This document shows, in pieces, positions 39,666 to 52,831 of a DNA stretch of 64,000 bases. Location of the stretch: positions 13,621 to 77,620 of the forward strand of contig ADNK01002625.1 in assembly GCA_000320545.1 (NCBI GenBank), written 5' to 3'. The stretch comes from Bigelowiella natans CCMP2755 (taxonomy: Eukaryota > Protista > Cercozoa). The position numbers and the translations under genes are program-made. The notes beneath the pieces are model-generated. The model made no database searches. It was given only the letters and a program-made list of their open reading frames with translations, and was not told the DNA's origin. Within the stretch, counting starts at the first letter, position 1. Each line of letters starts with the position of its first letter.

Positions 39666-42661
39666 ATGGGTGCTAGCGATGAGAAGCAGCTTTGGTCATT
39701 GCGGAAGACACCAGAGAAGAGTGGCGGTAAAGAGAACAAAGGCCCATTAGAAGCTCTCCAACAATTGCCATGGATCGGACTTGTCATAGTAACGAAAATG
39801 AAACACTACACATCTGCATGCTACCATTGAGGATGTGGAGTAAAATTTATCGAGACAATGGTAATTGTACAATTTAAATTTTTAGACTGTTAAAGATGCA
39901 GTAAAGCTTACTGGCCCAAACTCTAATCAAAAGAAGTATTACAAATCAATCATACTTTTAGTTTTTGAAATTGTCTGATGAATTGAAGACACTAAACTTT
40001 AAATCTAAAGTACGCTTAAAAAAATAGGTTTTTGCAAACTAGTGAAAAGTGTGTGGATCCTTACTGCATTATTGGTAAATGCACAACGGTTACTAACTTG
40101 AGTTGATAAAAAATAGTTATGCAAATGAGATTGCTTATTAATATTTGTAACAGACGTAATGTCAATCCGCGATGTTACTTCTGCGATACTAAAGCAGAGT
40201 AAACGTACGAAGTAAGAGCCAAAAACTTGGTTCAGTAATTACGAATTTAATTTAAGTCAATATTTGAATAATAGGACTTTGAAAAAGACTTTAAATCCAG
40301 TAAGTCCCGAATTGTGTTCGATATGTAGTGTAGCTGTGTAACATCGTTTGTGTTTCATTCCATCAACTCTACAAACTTTATACTTTAAAGGGAATGAACT
40401 AATACCTTCAATTTTGTAACGATAATAAAATTAATGCAGGTATGGGATGAATCGTTTACTTTTAGAGGTGCATCATTTTCTTATGCATGTTGAATATTGT
40501 TAAAGAAAATTTCATTTAGCCTACCTAAATGGAAAAACTACCATAAAGTTCAAAGTAAGAAACGCCAGAGTGAATTGTGATCAACCGTTTAAGGGCAAGG
40601 TATAATATAAGAGAATTGATATGTCGAAGAAAATCAAATAACCTCGCGTGGTTGGTAGGCCAGGATCGATCTTGTAATATCATCGCATATGAGGCAAAGG
40701 CAATATTGGTTACCACTGGAGCAAACTGACTCAGGATTATTACATGTTGAGGTTCGTGAATCAAAATATAATATTTTATATCCCAATCATCTCTTTATAT
40801 TCTCGATATATTTTAATTGGTAGTCTGCTCATTATTTTCTCCTTTTATTTTCATAAGTGGACATGAATACAAAAGCATATTCATTATATATCTCTTAGAG
40901 AAATGCTAACTCAGGTGTCTACTCGAGAAATAACAGGGTTGCAAAGATGGCACAAAGCTCTCCATCAGATTATTTTGAGCAAATCTTCGGCAGATGAAAC
41001 AAGGGCTATGTTGGGAGAGGAGGAAAGCCTAAGCAGCATTGGAGCCGATAGTGAGAATCTGAAAAAGAATACGAATCCACGACTAGCATTGCTTACATCA
41101 GGAGCTTCTGTGCACCGTTCAGCCAATGAATCTGCACGGTCTATGTCCCATTCTATATTGGACAACGAAATGAAAAAGGTGTTGCGGACGAGGACGAGGA
41201 GCGCATCTGTTGGAACCCGAAGGGAGGAAAATGGTTCTGAAGAACAGGGTGATGAAAGCACACATGATAGCAACTTAGTTGAAGCTGATCCAAGCACCAT
41301 CTCCGTTCGCAGTAAAACAGGTTCCAAGAAATTTGTTGCAAAATTAGTTAACATGAATTCAGTACCCACACCACCTTCGAAGAATCACAGTATAAATATA
41401 CGAACTCTGACCGAAGGTATGGTTTCAATTAGATTTTATACAGCGCATAATTCTTCTTATTATAGATGACATTCTTATTTTAGGTACCGATAGTCAATCT
41501 CCTAACCAAGTCTTGTCGTCCCCTGACAAAGCTACATCACTTCCTGAGGGAAATCTACCATCACCTGCTGAGCGTAACGATATTGTTGTAATATTAAATG
41601 AAATTATATACTTAAAAGTTGATTCTCATTCAAATACATTGTAGGATGGTATCAGTGGAGAAACTGAAATTCAAACCAAAGAAAAGAAAGAAGAAAATGA
41701 CAATAGTACGGCCAAAATAAATGACCCGAGGAAGAACAATGTGAGAGAAATTGAGAAGAACTCTTTGGAGAAAAGGGAAAAGGGAATTAAATCATTCGAA
41801 GAGCGATTGAATGGAACATTCGATCTAAGACAAGGTATTAGAAGACTTTGACTATATATTTGTATCTCTGTGCTTTTTGCAACGTTAAGCATTTACATTA
41901 TGTTTTCTATGTGTACATGATCTGAATATAAAATTTACTTTAATCAGATGAATCAAAATTAAGAAAACGAATCATCTCTGGGCGAAATCTATTAAAGAGA
42001 CCTAAGAAAAGTCGGATAATAGCTGAAATGAAAGATATGGTTAGCCTACATGTTCGAATGGTGGCAGCCGAAATACGGCATAAGGTTTTGAAATCGAAAT
42101 ATATTCTGACTATTTAAGTTATTTTATATTTAAATACAGGTTGAAATATATAGAGCAGAAATAAGAAAAGAACTTGAGTGGGCTCGTGATGAGATAGAAA
42201 CTTCTAGTAAGGTATTATGTAGCCTCTATAAATTTAGACAAGAATATGTTATTCTAACTATGCATATCCAGGGTGCTGAAACGCAGGTAAAAGATCTTCG
42301 CCGAAGAATTCTTCATGTCCAGGAAACAACAGCTCCCGCTAAAAGCTGGGAAGAAATCATTGAACGACAAACTAACATGATGAACACTTTAAAAAAGATG
42401 AAAATACGGATGGAGGCGATGGAATCAAAGTATTTACATATTTAGCTAACGTAATCTATTATATTGTTCTAATATTGATCTTCGAATGTGTTAAGGTTGG
42501 AAGCTATGAATGCAAGATCTTCTGTACTTCCAGAAATGCAAAATCGCATCGAAACTTCATTTGGACCGACATTAAGTATGCTGTTAAATTATTTCTTTGA
42601 AGGCTTAATGGTAATTGCTGGTGCAATGATGCAATTAATGAACCTAGCTTTGGGTCAATGA
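39666..42661 (+). CDS. C2-domain protein with a disordered middle, coiled coil and hydrophobic C-terminal tail; multi-exon
   Basis: Spliced VDPYCII, KRTKTLKKTLNPVWDESFTF and YWLPLEQTDSGLLHVE are C2 hallmarks. It ends LLNYFFEGLMVIAGAMMQLMNLALGQ*. The start is uncertain. Confidence 0.7.
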
Positions 42662-42779
42662 AGCATCTACTTGTCTAAGGCTAGAGCTAGAGAGGGGTAA
42701 CAATGACAATGTACTCAAGAATTTTGCTAGTTTGTAATAAAGAAAGCTAGAAAGCCACCTTGAAACATCTAGAGGTACC

Positions 42780-43430
42780 ATCGCTGCCCGCGCGCTAAGT
42801 GGAATGAGTGGAAGAGCTACGATCTAGCGATGTTGCAGCAACCATGTTTCCATTTTCAAGATCATGGCAGTTCTCTGTTCTGCAAGATGTGATCTAGATG
42901 ATCAGAGGACACAGGACAACACATGCTAGCATGTGCCAAATGAGACATGTTGAGCATGTTGACAAAAACAAGATGCGAATTGCGCAAATTTGACGCGTAA
43001 ATCTAGCTAGCTGGCACTGAGAAAATGCATTTTGTGTTTTCGAGCTCGCTCGTGTTTTTGGAATTAGGTCTAGATCAGTCGCTGCAATGAGCAAATGTTG
43101 TGCATTGTTTCGTCAGGTGGAGTTGGTTGTTTCCTTCTTTCTCCTCCACATGGAACTCACACTGGGGAGTTTGTTGATTTTTCCCATGATGCTGCCCTGT
43201 TTGCTTGAATTTCCATTTTCATCGTTCTTTTTTGAGGTGATAACTAAAATTGTCTGCAAAATGGATGAACAGCATGAGTTATTTCTCACATGGAGGCATG
43301 CAGGTAGCAATGATGCTACGAGCTGATAGCAATTCTGTGGGGTGATGATGGTTTCCAATGCACCTTTGCCTCTTCGTAGACTTTGATGACCTTAGACAAC
43401 AGTGCACAAGCTTCAACTTTGACCGACATC
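42780..43430. other. TpA-depleted island 4 (weaker)
   Basis: Mostly CTAG or half-sites. A few unprotected TA remain (42997, 43240, 43279). Confidence 0.7.
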
Positions 43431-44030
43431 GGGTTAAAAAAAATTAAGGGGCTGGTATACTTTGTTATACAACTCCTACCGATCCATCAACACCCATCAG
43501 AGTTAATCCAAGAGCTTTTGAGGAAGATGAGGTGACATTGAGATCTCTATCAGGCTTTGAGTCTGTTCCAAGTATGGAAAAGAAGTTAATTGCTCAAGTT
43601 ATTAGAAAGGAGATGTGACTCTAACCATGTAGACTCTTGCCAAAGGAAATCATGATACGAAACACTGAAGCCATTTGATGCACAACAGCCTTGAAGTGGA
43701 TATATGGTCAATGAATTTCCCCAAACTTAGCAAAAATATCAGTTTTAATCCGAATGGCCATGGTGTTCTGGTGCTTCTTTTCTTTTACTTTCTCCGCCAC
43801 CTGTTGTAGCATGCATGAACTACATATATAGTAATCCACTTACTGCATCTTACAATCGCAGGGTGTTCGTCGGTTGGCTTCAGAATTTGTTTCAAGGAAT
43901 ATTTTCTGTACATTGAGCAATCAGGTTTAGGAATTCTTCAGCGTGCTATCTATTAACATCGCGAGTAACACTTTTCGAAGTTCTGGAGATCTGATGCAGT
44001 TATAGTCATCGAAGCACCACGCGAAGTTGT
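43330..44030 (-). pseudogene. Possible decayed gene with a weak SUMO/ubiquitin-like segment
   Basis: Exon-like reading VAEKVKEKKHQNTMAIRIK... contains in-frame stops. LGLTLMGVDGS / PMSVKVEACALLSKVIKVYEEAK follows, but no clean acceptor joins them. Confidence 0.25.
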
Positions 44031-44393
44031 CGCAGAAGCGCCGAGAATTTGTTTGGTTTCTAAATGATTAATTCAGTCATAAATGTTTAATTAAGTCACA
44101 AACTATTTTAGAAATAAATTAATAGTGCACGATGCATGGTGGTCTTAACCTTCAAAGGTAACTGAAAACTCCGACTCGATACCGAGAGCTATGAAACAGT
44201 CCCGAATCAAATAAAGAGTCTACGGGGAAAAAATTAAGTCCACAAAGATTTCACAATCAGATTACCCACGTCTAAATTTAGGATCTAACATGCTAACATG
44301 CAACCTGAGTTTGAAACGATGTCCTTTTATCGGCTTGATTTCCCAGAGCATCAGCCATTTTTGTTCTACTGTCGATTTTAAGCTGTGGAAAAC

Positions 44394-44451
44394 AAACAGC
44401 ACTAAGCGAAAAACAGTAGTTCCAGCTACCGTTTTTCGCTTAGTGCTGTTT
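44394..44451. repeat. Near-perfect hairpin, 26-bp arms, 6-nt loop
   Basis: aaacagcactaagcgaaaaacagtag-ttccag-ctaccgtttttcgcttagtgctgttt, one mismatch. Confidence 0.92.
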
Positions 44452-45003
44452 AATTTCCCATGTGTAGCTCCGTTTTTTATCTTATTGTGCATAAAAGGAG
44501 TTGTCGTGTGGTGTCGAACCATTGCAAATAAATCCCTTCAGTGTTTCTCCAACTCAGTGCCAGTGCACTATTGTCGCATGATGTCGAAGTAGTGCAAATG
44601 ATGCAACTGTAGTGTGCTTCAAGAAGCTAGTTGCATCTGCAACTACGTGTAGATTAGCGTGGAAATACTAGAAATATTATTCGAAAAAGGGCTGTCGCTA
44701 TCCTAAAATCGGCTGGATATATACGAATGAGCGAGCGTTGCAATTGCAGAAACGGCTTGCAAACGGCTGTGTTGAAGTGAGAAAGCAGGTTTTCCCCGAT
44801 TTTGGACACAGAATACAAAGTCGCACTAGCATTTTCCAGACCAATTATATGGCATAGAATAAAGATTGATTTTTTTCGTGTCAGTATTTCTCCTTGTTGT
44901 TGATTCTTCATTCGTGAAAATCGTACCACGCCCTAGCCGTCTAAATGTGAGCTTCCTTATTTACACACTTAGAATATTTTTATCATAACTTTGTAGATTG
45001 ATA

Positions 45004-48000
45004 ATGACTGGAATTAGTGATATTTCCCGCAACGCGAAGGAACTTGGACGAAGAATGGTTCCAAAGTTTATCTTAAAGCTTCTTCAAAAAGTATTTCCAT
45101 TTATTCAGAAATTGCCAACGGAAATTGTCGACATTCTTCCCGGGCCAAGCCTTTCGGCTCGTCCAAGATCTAAGAGAAACATAGAAATACCAGATAAAAA
45201 AAAGTCAAGCAAAATCATCTCTGGGGAATTTTGCTGCCAATTCGAGGGAGTGACGATCAAAATGAGGCAACTCTTTGTTGGAAACGGCTTCAGAATTTTG
45301 CAGACACTTTGAGGGCTACTACAAGTAAACTCGACCGCTCATGTATTCGAATGTTCATTGGTATCGACAAAGATGACATTGTGTATACACCAAAAAAGTC
45401 TAGATCAAGAATTGAGTCCATTTTTAACACTTTGGGTGTGACGACATACTTTCATTACTTTGAGCCCATTTATTCTGGTAAGATATGCTGGATTTGGAAT
45501 GAGCTAGCATGCAAAGCGGTAGAACAGGCTAGCGTGGAGTTTATTATTCTTCTGGGTGACGATGTTGAACTATGCACAAATGGTTGGAAGAATGAGATTG
45601 AGTCAACCTTTTTATCAGTATCACAAACAACCGGACTCCCATTTGGCATTGCATGTGTTGCCTTTCGTGATGAAAATTATGCAGCCTTTCCAACGTTTCC
45701 AGTCTTACATTGTACTCATTTACATGTATTTGGTGAGCTATTTCCTTCTGAGTTTATTAATCAACATGGAGATCCATATGTCTTCGAAATCTACAGAAGA
45801 TGGGGCGCATCCATGTTTGCAAAAACGTCGAAGCTTCGTAACACAATTGGTGGTGCTGACGCTTCACGCTACAGAAAAATATCATCGTTCTGCTGGCGTG
45901 ATACTATTTTGTCGAAAGCTATTCAAAAACTCTCGATGTGGCTCGAACACAAAAAGGTCCAGAAAGCTCAACAGTACCACTGCTTGGATGTAGTTGTTCC
46001 AAGCTATCGCTGTGATATCAACCTTCTTCAGAACTTTGCAAATTTGCGAGTCTCTATCCAACCAGCGTCCATCACAATAGTGATCGTAGTTGACAATCCA
46101 GATCTTTCACCAGAACATCTTGCTATTATTCAATCGCTTCAGTCACATGATCCTAACCACATCGTGCGAATTCATAAAAATGAAGTAAACCTTGGTGCTA
46201 GCGAATCAAGGAATACAGGATTATCGCAATCATTTGGAGACTATGCCATCCTTCTTGATGATGATGTTATTCCAGAGATTTCACTGCTTGACGCGTATCT
46301 TGGAGCAATAATTAGAAATCCAAAAGCAAAGATCCTCGTTGGGCACACAAAACTTCCGTCACCTCAGACTTTGCTACAGAAGGGATTTATAGCATCTGAA
46401 ATGTCATTTTTCTACGACGTTTGTATGCGTATGCCTAATCCAAGCTGGGGAGTAACAGCGAACATTTGTGTTAAATCACGCACACAGAATAAAGTTTGGT
46501 TTTCCGCTTGTTTTCCAAAGACAGGCGGGGGCGAAGACGTAGACTTCTGCTTGAGGTTGAAGAGGAAAGAAGCTTGGCATGAACGGAATTCATGTATAAT
46601 CGCTGTTCCTGGAGCAAAGGTGCTGCATCTTTTTTGGAACAACATCACAAAACAAGTCAGTGGTTGGGCATCAGGAGATACTCTTCTGTTAGAAGTGCAT
46701 CCAGAGTTGGCATTCTTTGCATTTCCAAATTGGGTCGAGTGGATGTTCGTGCAAACAGTTCTTTATTTATTGCTTTTGATGGTCCATAGCCTACCTCTTT
46801 GGTTACTCTTACAATCTGTTCTAGCTGTTTGCATTGCAGAACTCATTCTTTCTGTGATTATTGTGTACCAGAGAACAAAATTTACAGAAAGTATTTGTAA
46901 TAGATTACTTCAATCAGTTATTGGTACTTGGTTCCTCATGGTTCAGGATGTCACCAGACTATGTGTAAAACTAAAACGACTTCAGATTTACCTTATAGGT
47001 GTCCAGTTTGATTGGCTAGATAACCAACGAGGGCATGTTGAAACAGTGAGGATCTCAAACTTCATAAAGAACATGTTTGTTTTATCAATCATGATTTCTT
47101 TATTTTACCCTTCAAATTTGGTGAAGCTGATATCTTCGATAATCAGTATACTATTGTTGTATTTCTGGTGCACCTCTCAGCATGCGAGTGTTGTTAGCGA
47201 TATACCTCTACCCTTCGAAGGGATTCTTCAGAAAATACCTGATGTTCAGCCTTTTGTCATTCTTACATGGCAAAGAACAGGTTCAAACCTTTTGTGTGGG
47301 ATTTTGCATAATCACCAAGACATTACGATGCATTCGGAGGTGTTCCACGCACGAAAGATACACACATTCCATGAGAATAAATGGAGCGACTCTAAAGACT
47401 GGAATTGGACTTCAAAGTCTCGAGATGAGGAGCCTGAGACCTTTCTGAAAGATTTGCTTTTAAGGACGCCATCTCTGTTAAAACGTCATAACAATAGCTA
47501 CGACAATGACCACAAGAAGAATAGCATTATGACATGCTCGAGATCGCAAGCAGTTGGATTTAAATTATTCCCAGAACATATTCGTCGCATGGGTGAAACA
47601 GGAGATCATGTTTTTCGTAAGATGATGGCAGATCCATATATCAAAAAGATCATTCTTATGAGGAAAAATGCACTTGAGGTCTTTGTATCTATGAAACGCG
47701 CAGCACTTACAGGAAAGTATCTAAAAGATAATTATGACCATCTGCAAGTGCATGTAGATCCACCCGAATTACAACTGTTCTTGAGAGATTATCACAAATG
47801 TTTTAAGTGTTACGATGAAATGCTTAAAAACCAAGCGACCTATAAGATTACATACGAGGATCTTGTAAACTACCGAGAAAGTTCCATGAAAGCTCTGTTG
47901 TCATTTCTCAATTTGGATGATGGCCATATCCCTAAGCCAATCGAAGCCACTCGGAAGCAGTCGAGCAAACCGATGCACACTGCAATAAAGAACTACAGCG

Positions 48001-48053
48001 AACTCAAATTGTGTTTCAAACATTCAAAATTTGCTTCAATGTTTAATCACTGA
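45004..48053 (+). CDS. Intronless multidomain glycosyltransferase (GT-A + GT2), TM helices and Stf0-like sulfotransferase; frameshift at the A8 run 45196-45203
   Basis: 940-aa ORF 45231-48053 with ILLGDD, LDVVVPSYR, NLGASESRNTGL, ILLDDDV, GGGEDVDF, hydrophobic helices, then QRTGSNLL (PAPS-binding loop), VGFKLF and ITYEDL. The upstream frame (ATG 45004) joins it only by a -1 shift. Confidence 0.85.
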
Positions 48054-48089
48054 GACGCTAGTAAAGGTTCTGGACCGTTTGTTCACAAA

Positions 48090-48150
48090 ATAGACACAGT
48101 AATATTACATATACATATACAGAATGTATTCTGTGTGATAGACACAGTAA
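48090..48150 (+). repeat. Two TA-retaining copies of the dispersed motif ATAGACACAGTAA
   Basis: 48090 atagacacagtaat; 48134 tgtgatagacacagtaa. Related copies at 10491 and 55670. Confidence 0.75.
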
Positions 48151-48259
48151 CCATATTGTTCACCCTAATGCGTCACATTACGTTGCCTATATTTCACAAT
48201 TCCTGAGGAAATTTTTATTGAATACTAGAACTGACAGCAGCAACGAATCCATTTAATGC

Positions 48260-48810
48260 ATCCATTCTGACAAATTGAACGCGCAGAATCAAGATCTAGC
48301 CATAGATGTGTGTGGCCCTCTAGCTAGCAAGCGCTGGTTGAATGCTGCGTAGCCACCATTAGCACCGTGGTCAACAGACTTATCTTGCCGTAAATCTAGC
48401 ATGCGCTGCCTTGCTAGTTTCGTCAACATTTTCAGCACAATATCTGGAGCACAAAACACACGAATGAACAACAACGGTAGGCGAGACTCATTTACTTGAA
48501 TCATCAAGTTTTCGGTGATTCCGTGCAATCCATGCAGAACAAGTTGTCATCCGAAACGTCATCACACTCCATCATGCTAGCACGACAGCTTAAGCATTTG
48601 GACATTTTTCGACAATCTAGCATTGTCCGACTCCTCCAACTTCACACATGTCGATCTAGATGCATTGCATGGTTGCTTCGGACATTGTGGTGTTTGCTAG
48701 TTCATGCCAGTGCACACAAACATCTATGTACCAACTGAGAGGCACAATTTCCGCAGCATCTTTTCACATGTCCATGCACAGTGCACGCAGAGCAGCACCA
48801 TCTAGAGAAT
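48260..48810. other. TpA-depleted island 5 (partial), between convergent genes
   Basis: Enriched in CTAG, CATG and TGCA, with several unconverted TA remaining. Confidence 0.6.
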
Positions 48811-48945
48811 TTTTGGATTTATAGATTTATCTCTGTTAGTGCAAACAATCAAGTATAGATGGAATCGACTTTATGTTGGTCATGACAGCTACACCACACC
48901 GTCCTTGCAATCTAGCAATGTGCATTGTGAATGCAAATATGTCAT

Positions 48946-51371
48946 CTACGTCACGTTACTAGAAGGCGCATCAGCAGGACATGAAGATACTTGTTCCTCC
49001 GCACGGGAATTCCAAATATTGTCGTTGTAATAGTGTCCCAGCCGTTTGATTGCAGTTCGGATGCTCGAATCGTCTACTTGAGCCACACACATACGAAAAT
49101 ATCCAGGAACAATCTCGCCAAACGACTCACCGGGAGCAAGCCAAACGCCAGCATCGTCGCGGAGACTGTGTGTTAGTGAACGAGAACAAATGTTACCAGA
49201 TGGATTGTTTAATGTAGGATCGCTGGCAGAAACCTAATGAACCAAACCCTTCCTCTTCTCCACCAATTTCTAAGCGATCACTTCTGCAGTCTCATATACT
49301 GACATTGTTCTAAAATGGAAGAGAGCTGCATGGCAATGCATTATGCTTCTAGTCAAAAGGATTGTCTCTTTTTCTTTGCTCCCAATAGATATTTTATAAT
49401 TCTCCATGATGAGCTACATCCAATAATAGAGCCCATTCCTATTTTATGAAAACCATTTTTATATCGATGTACCGTAGGAGTAATTCCCGTTCCGATTCAA
49501 GCGAAATAATGCCGTTTTGGTCGCTAATATCGGAAACAAGGGCAAGTCCGCGTATAATTATGGTAACAATTAAGAAGAGTGTGTAATCTTTGTGTTTTCC
49601 CTTCCACCCTTCACTCCTATATACAGCTCTATGAATGCGGATCATACCGCAAAAGTTTCCGCAGATCCAGCCATACAAACAGCCCCGCACTAAGCGAATC
49701 AACAGAGCAAACACGAAATTAGAAGCACCTTAAAATAGCTTGACGATTAAGCGGAAATAGTCTATAGAAACAACAAGTTATTGCGACGTGAGAATAAGCC
49801 ACCTTGGCTTGTAAAAAGGTATTTTCTCCTTCTCAAGTGCAGTTGCCACCTATATATCATTCATCACAATGTGTGTGCGTAAGTGTGTGTGTGTGTGAGT
49901 GTGTGTGTGTGTGTGTGTGTCAATACTACTGACCCTCAAACTATTACTATTTCGTTTGCTTATTCAAATATCTTCGTATCGTTTTCAATAACACTTAAAT
50001 TATAAGCGATCTTGGTTCATATCTAGCGTATAACATAGATGACGAGAAACATCTCGGCGTTTGTTTGTTTTTTATTCGTGTTAATAACCAATTGATGCCT
50101 CTGGGATAGACGATCTTTGTTCTAATAACAACAAGAATACGATTAAGAATTGTGTGTGGAATTAGAAGCACCATACAAGCTCAGTTGAGACCAAGGCTAC
50201 TCCTACCTCTTTCACGAAGTATTTGACAAACTCTTGGTCCTCTTTGAGATGTCAATGGCGAGTAGAAAGAAGAACAATGATTGACCGAGATAAACAATAA
50301 TCATTAGAAATATGGAACGATAAGCTATTTCATGAAAACAGCACTAATGCATCTTACTGTTCTATGCATAATTGCGGTAGCATGTGTGCGATTTCAACAT
50401 GAACGTCTCCCATCAACAATGGGTGAGTGTGTGTTGGGTACATAGGTAAGAAATGACCAAAGATATGCTGCAGACCCCTCTGTATAGGATTAGAAACAGC
50501 AACGTATACTCCTATGGTAGTCGTAATAAAAATAATGATAATCATCATCATCATCATCATCATATTATTAGTCCTCCCCAGAATTATATATATTGTGGAT
50601 CTTAATTAAACAAGCAGTGATCTGCAGCAGTATGCCGATAAAGCTCAAAACAACACAAATCGTGTGTTGCTTCGCTGCTACCTAGATTCCTGAATACTGC
50701 CTTGATGTCCTCGTTTTTGGTATGCAATACACCTATAAAAGTATATATAACTACGACATTCAGCATATGTGCATATGATATATCATATACGCATTAGCAG
50801 TATTCCAGGTGATTGGTGCACGTTGAAGGATGCCGTACCCATTCGAAAGCCGCTCGCACCAAAGTCCTATATATATATATATATATATATATATGTAATT
50901 GTGTAATTGTGTAATTGTGTGTATGTGTGTTTAAATGTGCGAACATCTCAAAACTGCCAAAACGATAAATCAAACGACGTTAATGCTGCCTCCACCACCT
51001 TTGATGCAGCCCATAGGATATGAGTCCTTGCGCTCATTTGCGGGAAGAACTTGCTCACAATCTCCAAAACGCTCACAAAGTTCCCTTTCTAAGCACAGTC
51101 ATCATATCCAGATCACATAACTGCAGATAGGAGGGAAAGACAAGTACATTCCCATTACAAGAAGAAAACAGCAAATTCAGCGCTACAAAGAACTGGTATG
51201 ATGTGATGCCTCTACATCGTGCATGGTATGCACCTTGCTATGGACTGAGAGAGCGTACAATTCGTCAGATACTGCGTAATTATCATCAACATATATCATC
51301 AAAACGATGGCTCACGACATAATACATGAAATGAGGAGTCAGGAGTTTTGTGCTCATATGCGTATGCAGAA

Positions 51372-51410
<39 letters not shown>

Positions 51411-52035
51411 ATTTTGTTTGTATTGGAGAGATGATAACAACCTATGTGAATGTCTGGCTTTTCCGCACACCATGAGAGTATATTGATCAACTCACTCTCT
51501 GTTTGAAGCCTATGTACGTAGTAGTGTCAAAAACAGTGTAATTGTGTTTTGACTTCCTATTAATGATATACTGCTGAGTGCGTATGTGTTTAATACAAAT
51601 TCATATCTCCATATGCACGTGTTACTTGTCTGGCTTAATACTACTACTACTACTTCTACTACTACTACTACTTCTCCTACAACCTCCCTAGAGGGTTATC
51701 CGGCGAGCAGAGCATTAGGATTTTAGGCTTAACTCCCTTCTCCATGGCATCATCGTAGGCTGATTCTAGCATGTTCTGATTTATCACACAAGCAGTAGCA
51801 GCAGCAGCAGTAGTGGTATTGGACAACGAGTACAGTTGACATCAAAATCATCACAGTAGATACTCATTATTCAAATGCAAAGACCCGAACATAAATAAGA
51901 CGACTGTGGTGTAAATGGATGCATATCATCGTCGTTTCCCTATAAATGAAGGGGGGGTAGGTGTTTTATCTATATTAGCTTGCTGTATACACTTACACAT
52001 AATGCAAGCAAATGGATAGGTATAAAGAGAAAGTA

Positions 52036-52085
<50 letters not shown>

Positions 52086-52530
52086 AGGAAGGTTTTTGGA
52101 AGCATACCGTAGTTAAAGCATAGTCGTTGGCTGCTTCTCTTTGTATTCGCACTAAATGAAGGTCATTTCGAACCTATCGTTGATGTTATTGCACAACAAA
52201 CCAGCGCCTCATCATAAGCACACCATTACCACTCTGCTGCTGGTGCTAAATATTGAATACACTCTAGCAATTCGGGGCAGGAGATGGATTGTGGGGTTAT
52301 GACACTGATCAGTGGTCTACCGTGATATCGTAAGAGAATGCCCCATAGAAAGGAGTTGGGATTAGAACCTAGAGCAAAATGATGATGATGCTGATGATGA
52401 TGCTGATGATGATGCTGGTTGTGGTGGCCATGATAATGATGATGATGATGAACGTGGCTTGGATAATAGAGATAACATCTATTCCTTATAGTAGCAGCGA
52501 CAAGCAAATGTCACGAATATGTTCCATACT

Positions 52531-52567
<37 letters not shown>

Positions 52568-52788
52568 TGCATGCACACCGTGCGCACAACTGAAAAGTAA
52601 TGAGTAACGTTTAAAAGTAAATGTTCTTCTAATAAGAGAGTAGTAGAAACACACGATGATGTGTGCACTCATACATAGGTATTGATAAAGCATAGTAGTA
52701 GTAGTACCCCATCTCCAGGGTTGGCAATACTCCAACATAACTGAAATATGATAGCACCCATACTTGAGATTTTTAAGGTCATATTCAC

Positions 52789-52831
<43 letters not shown>

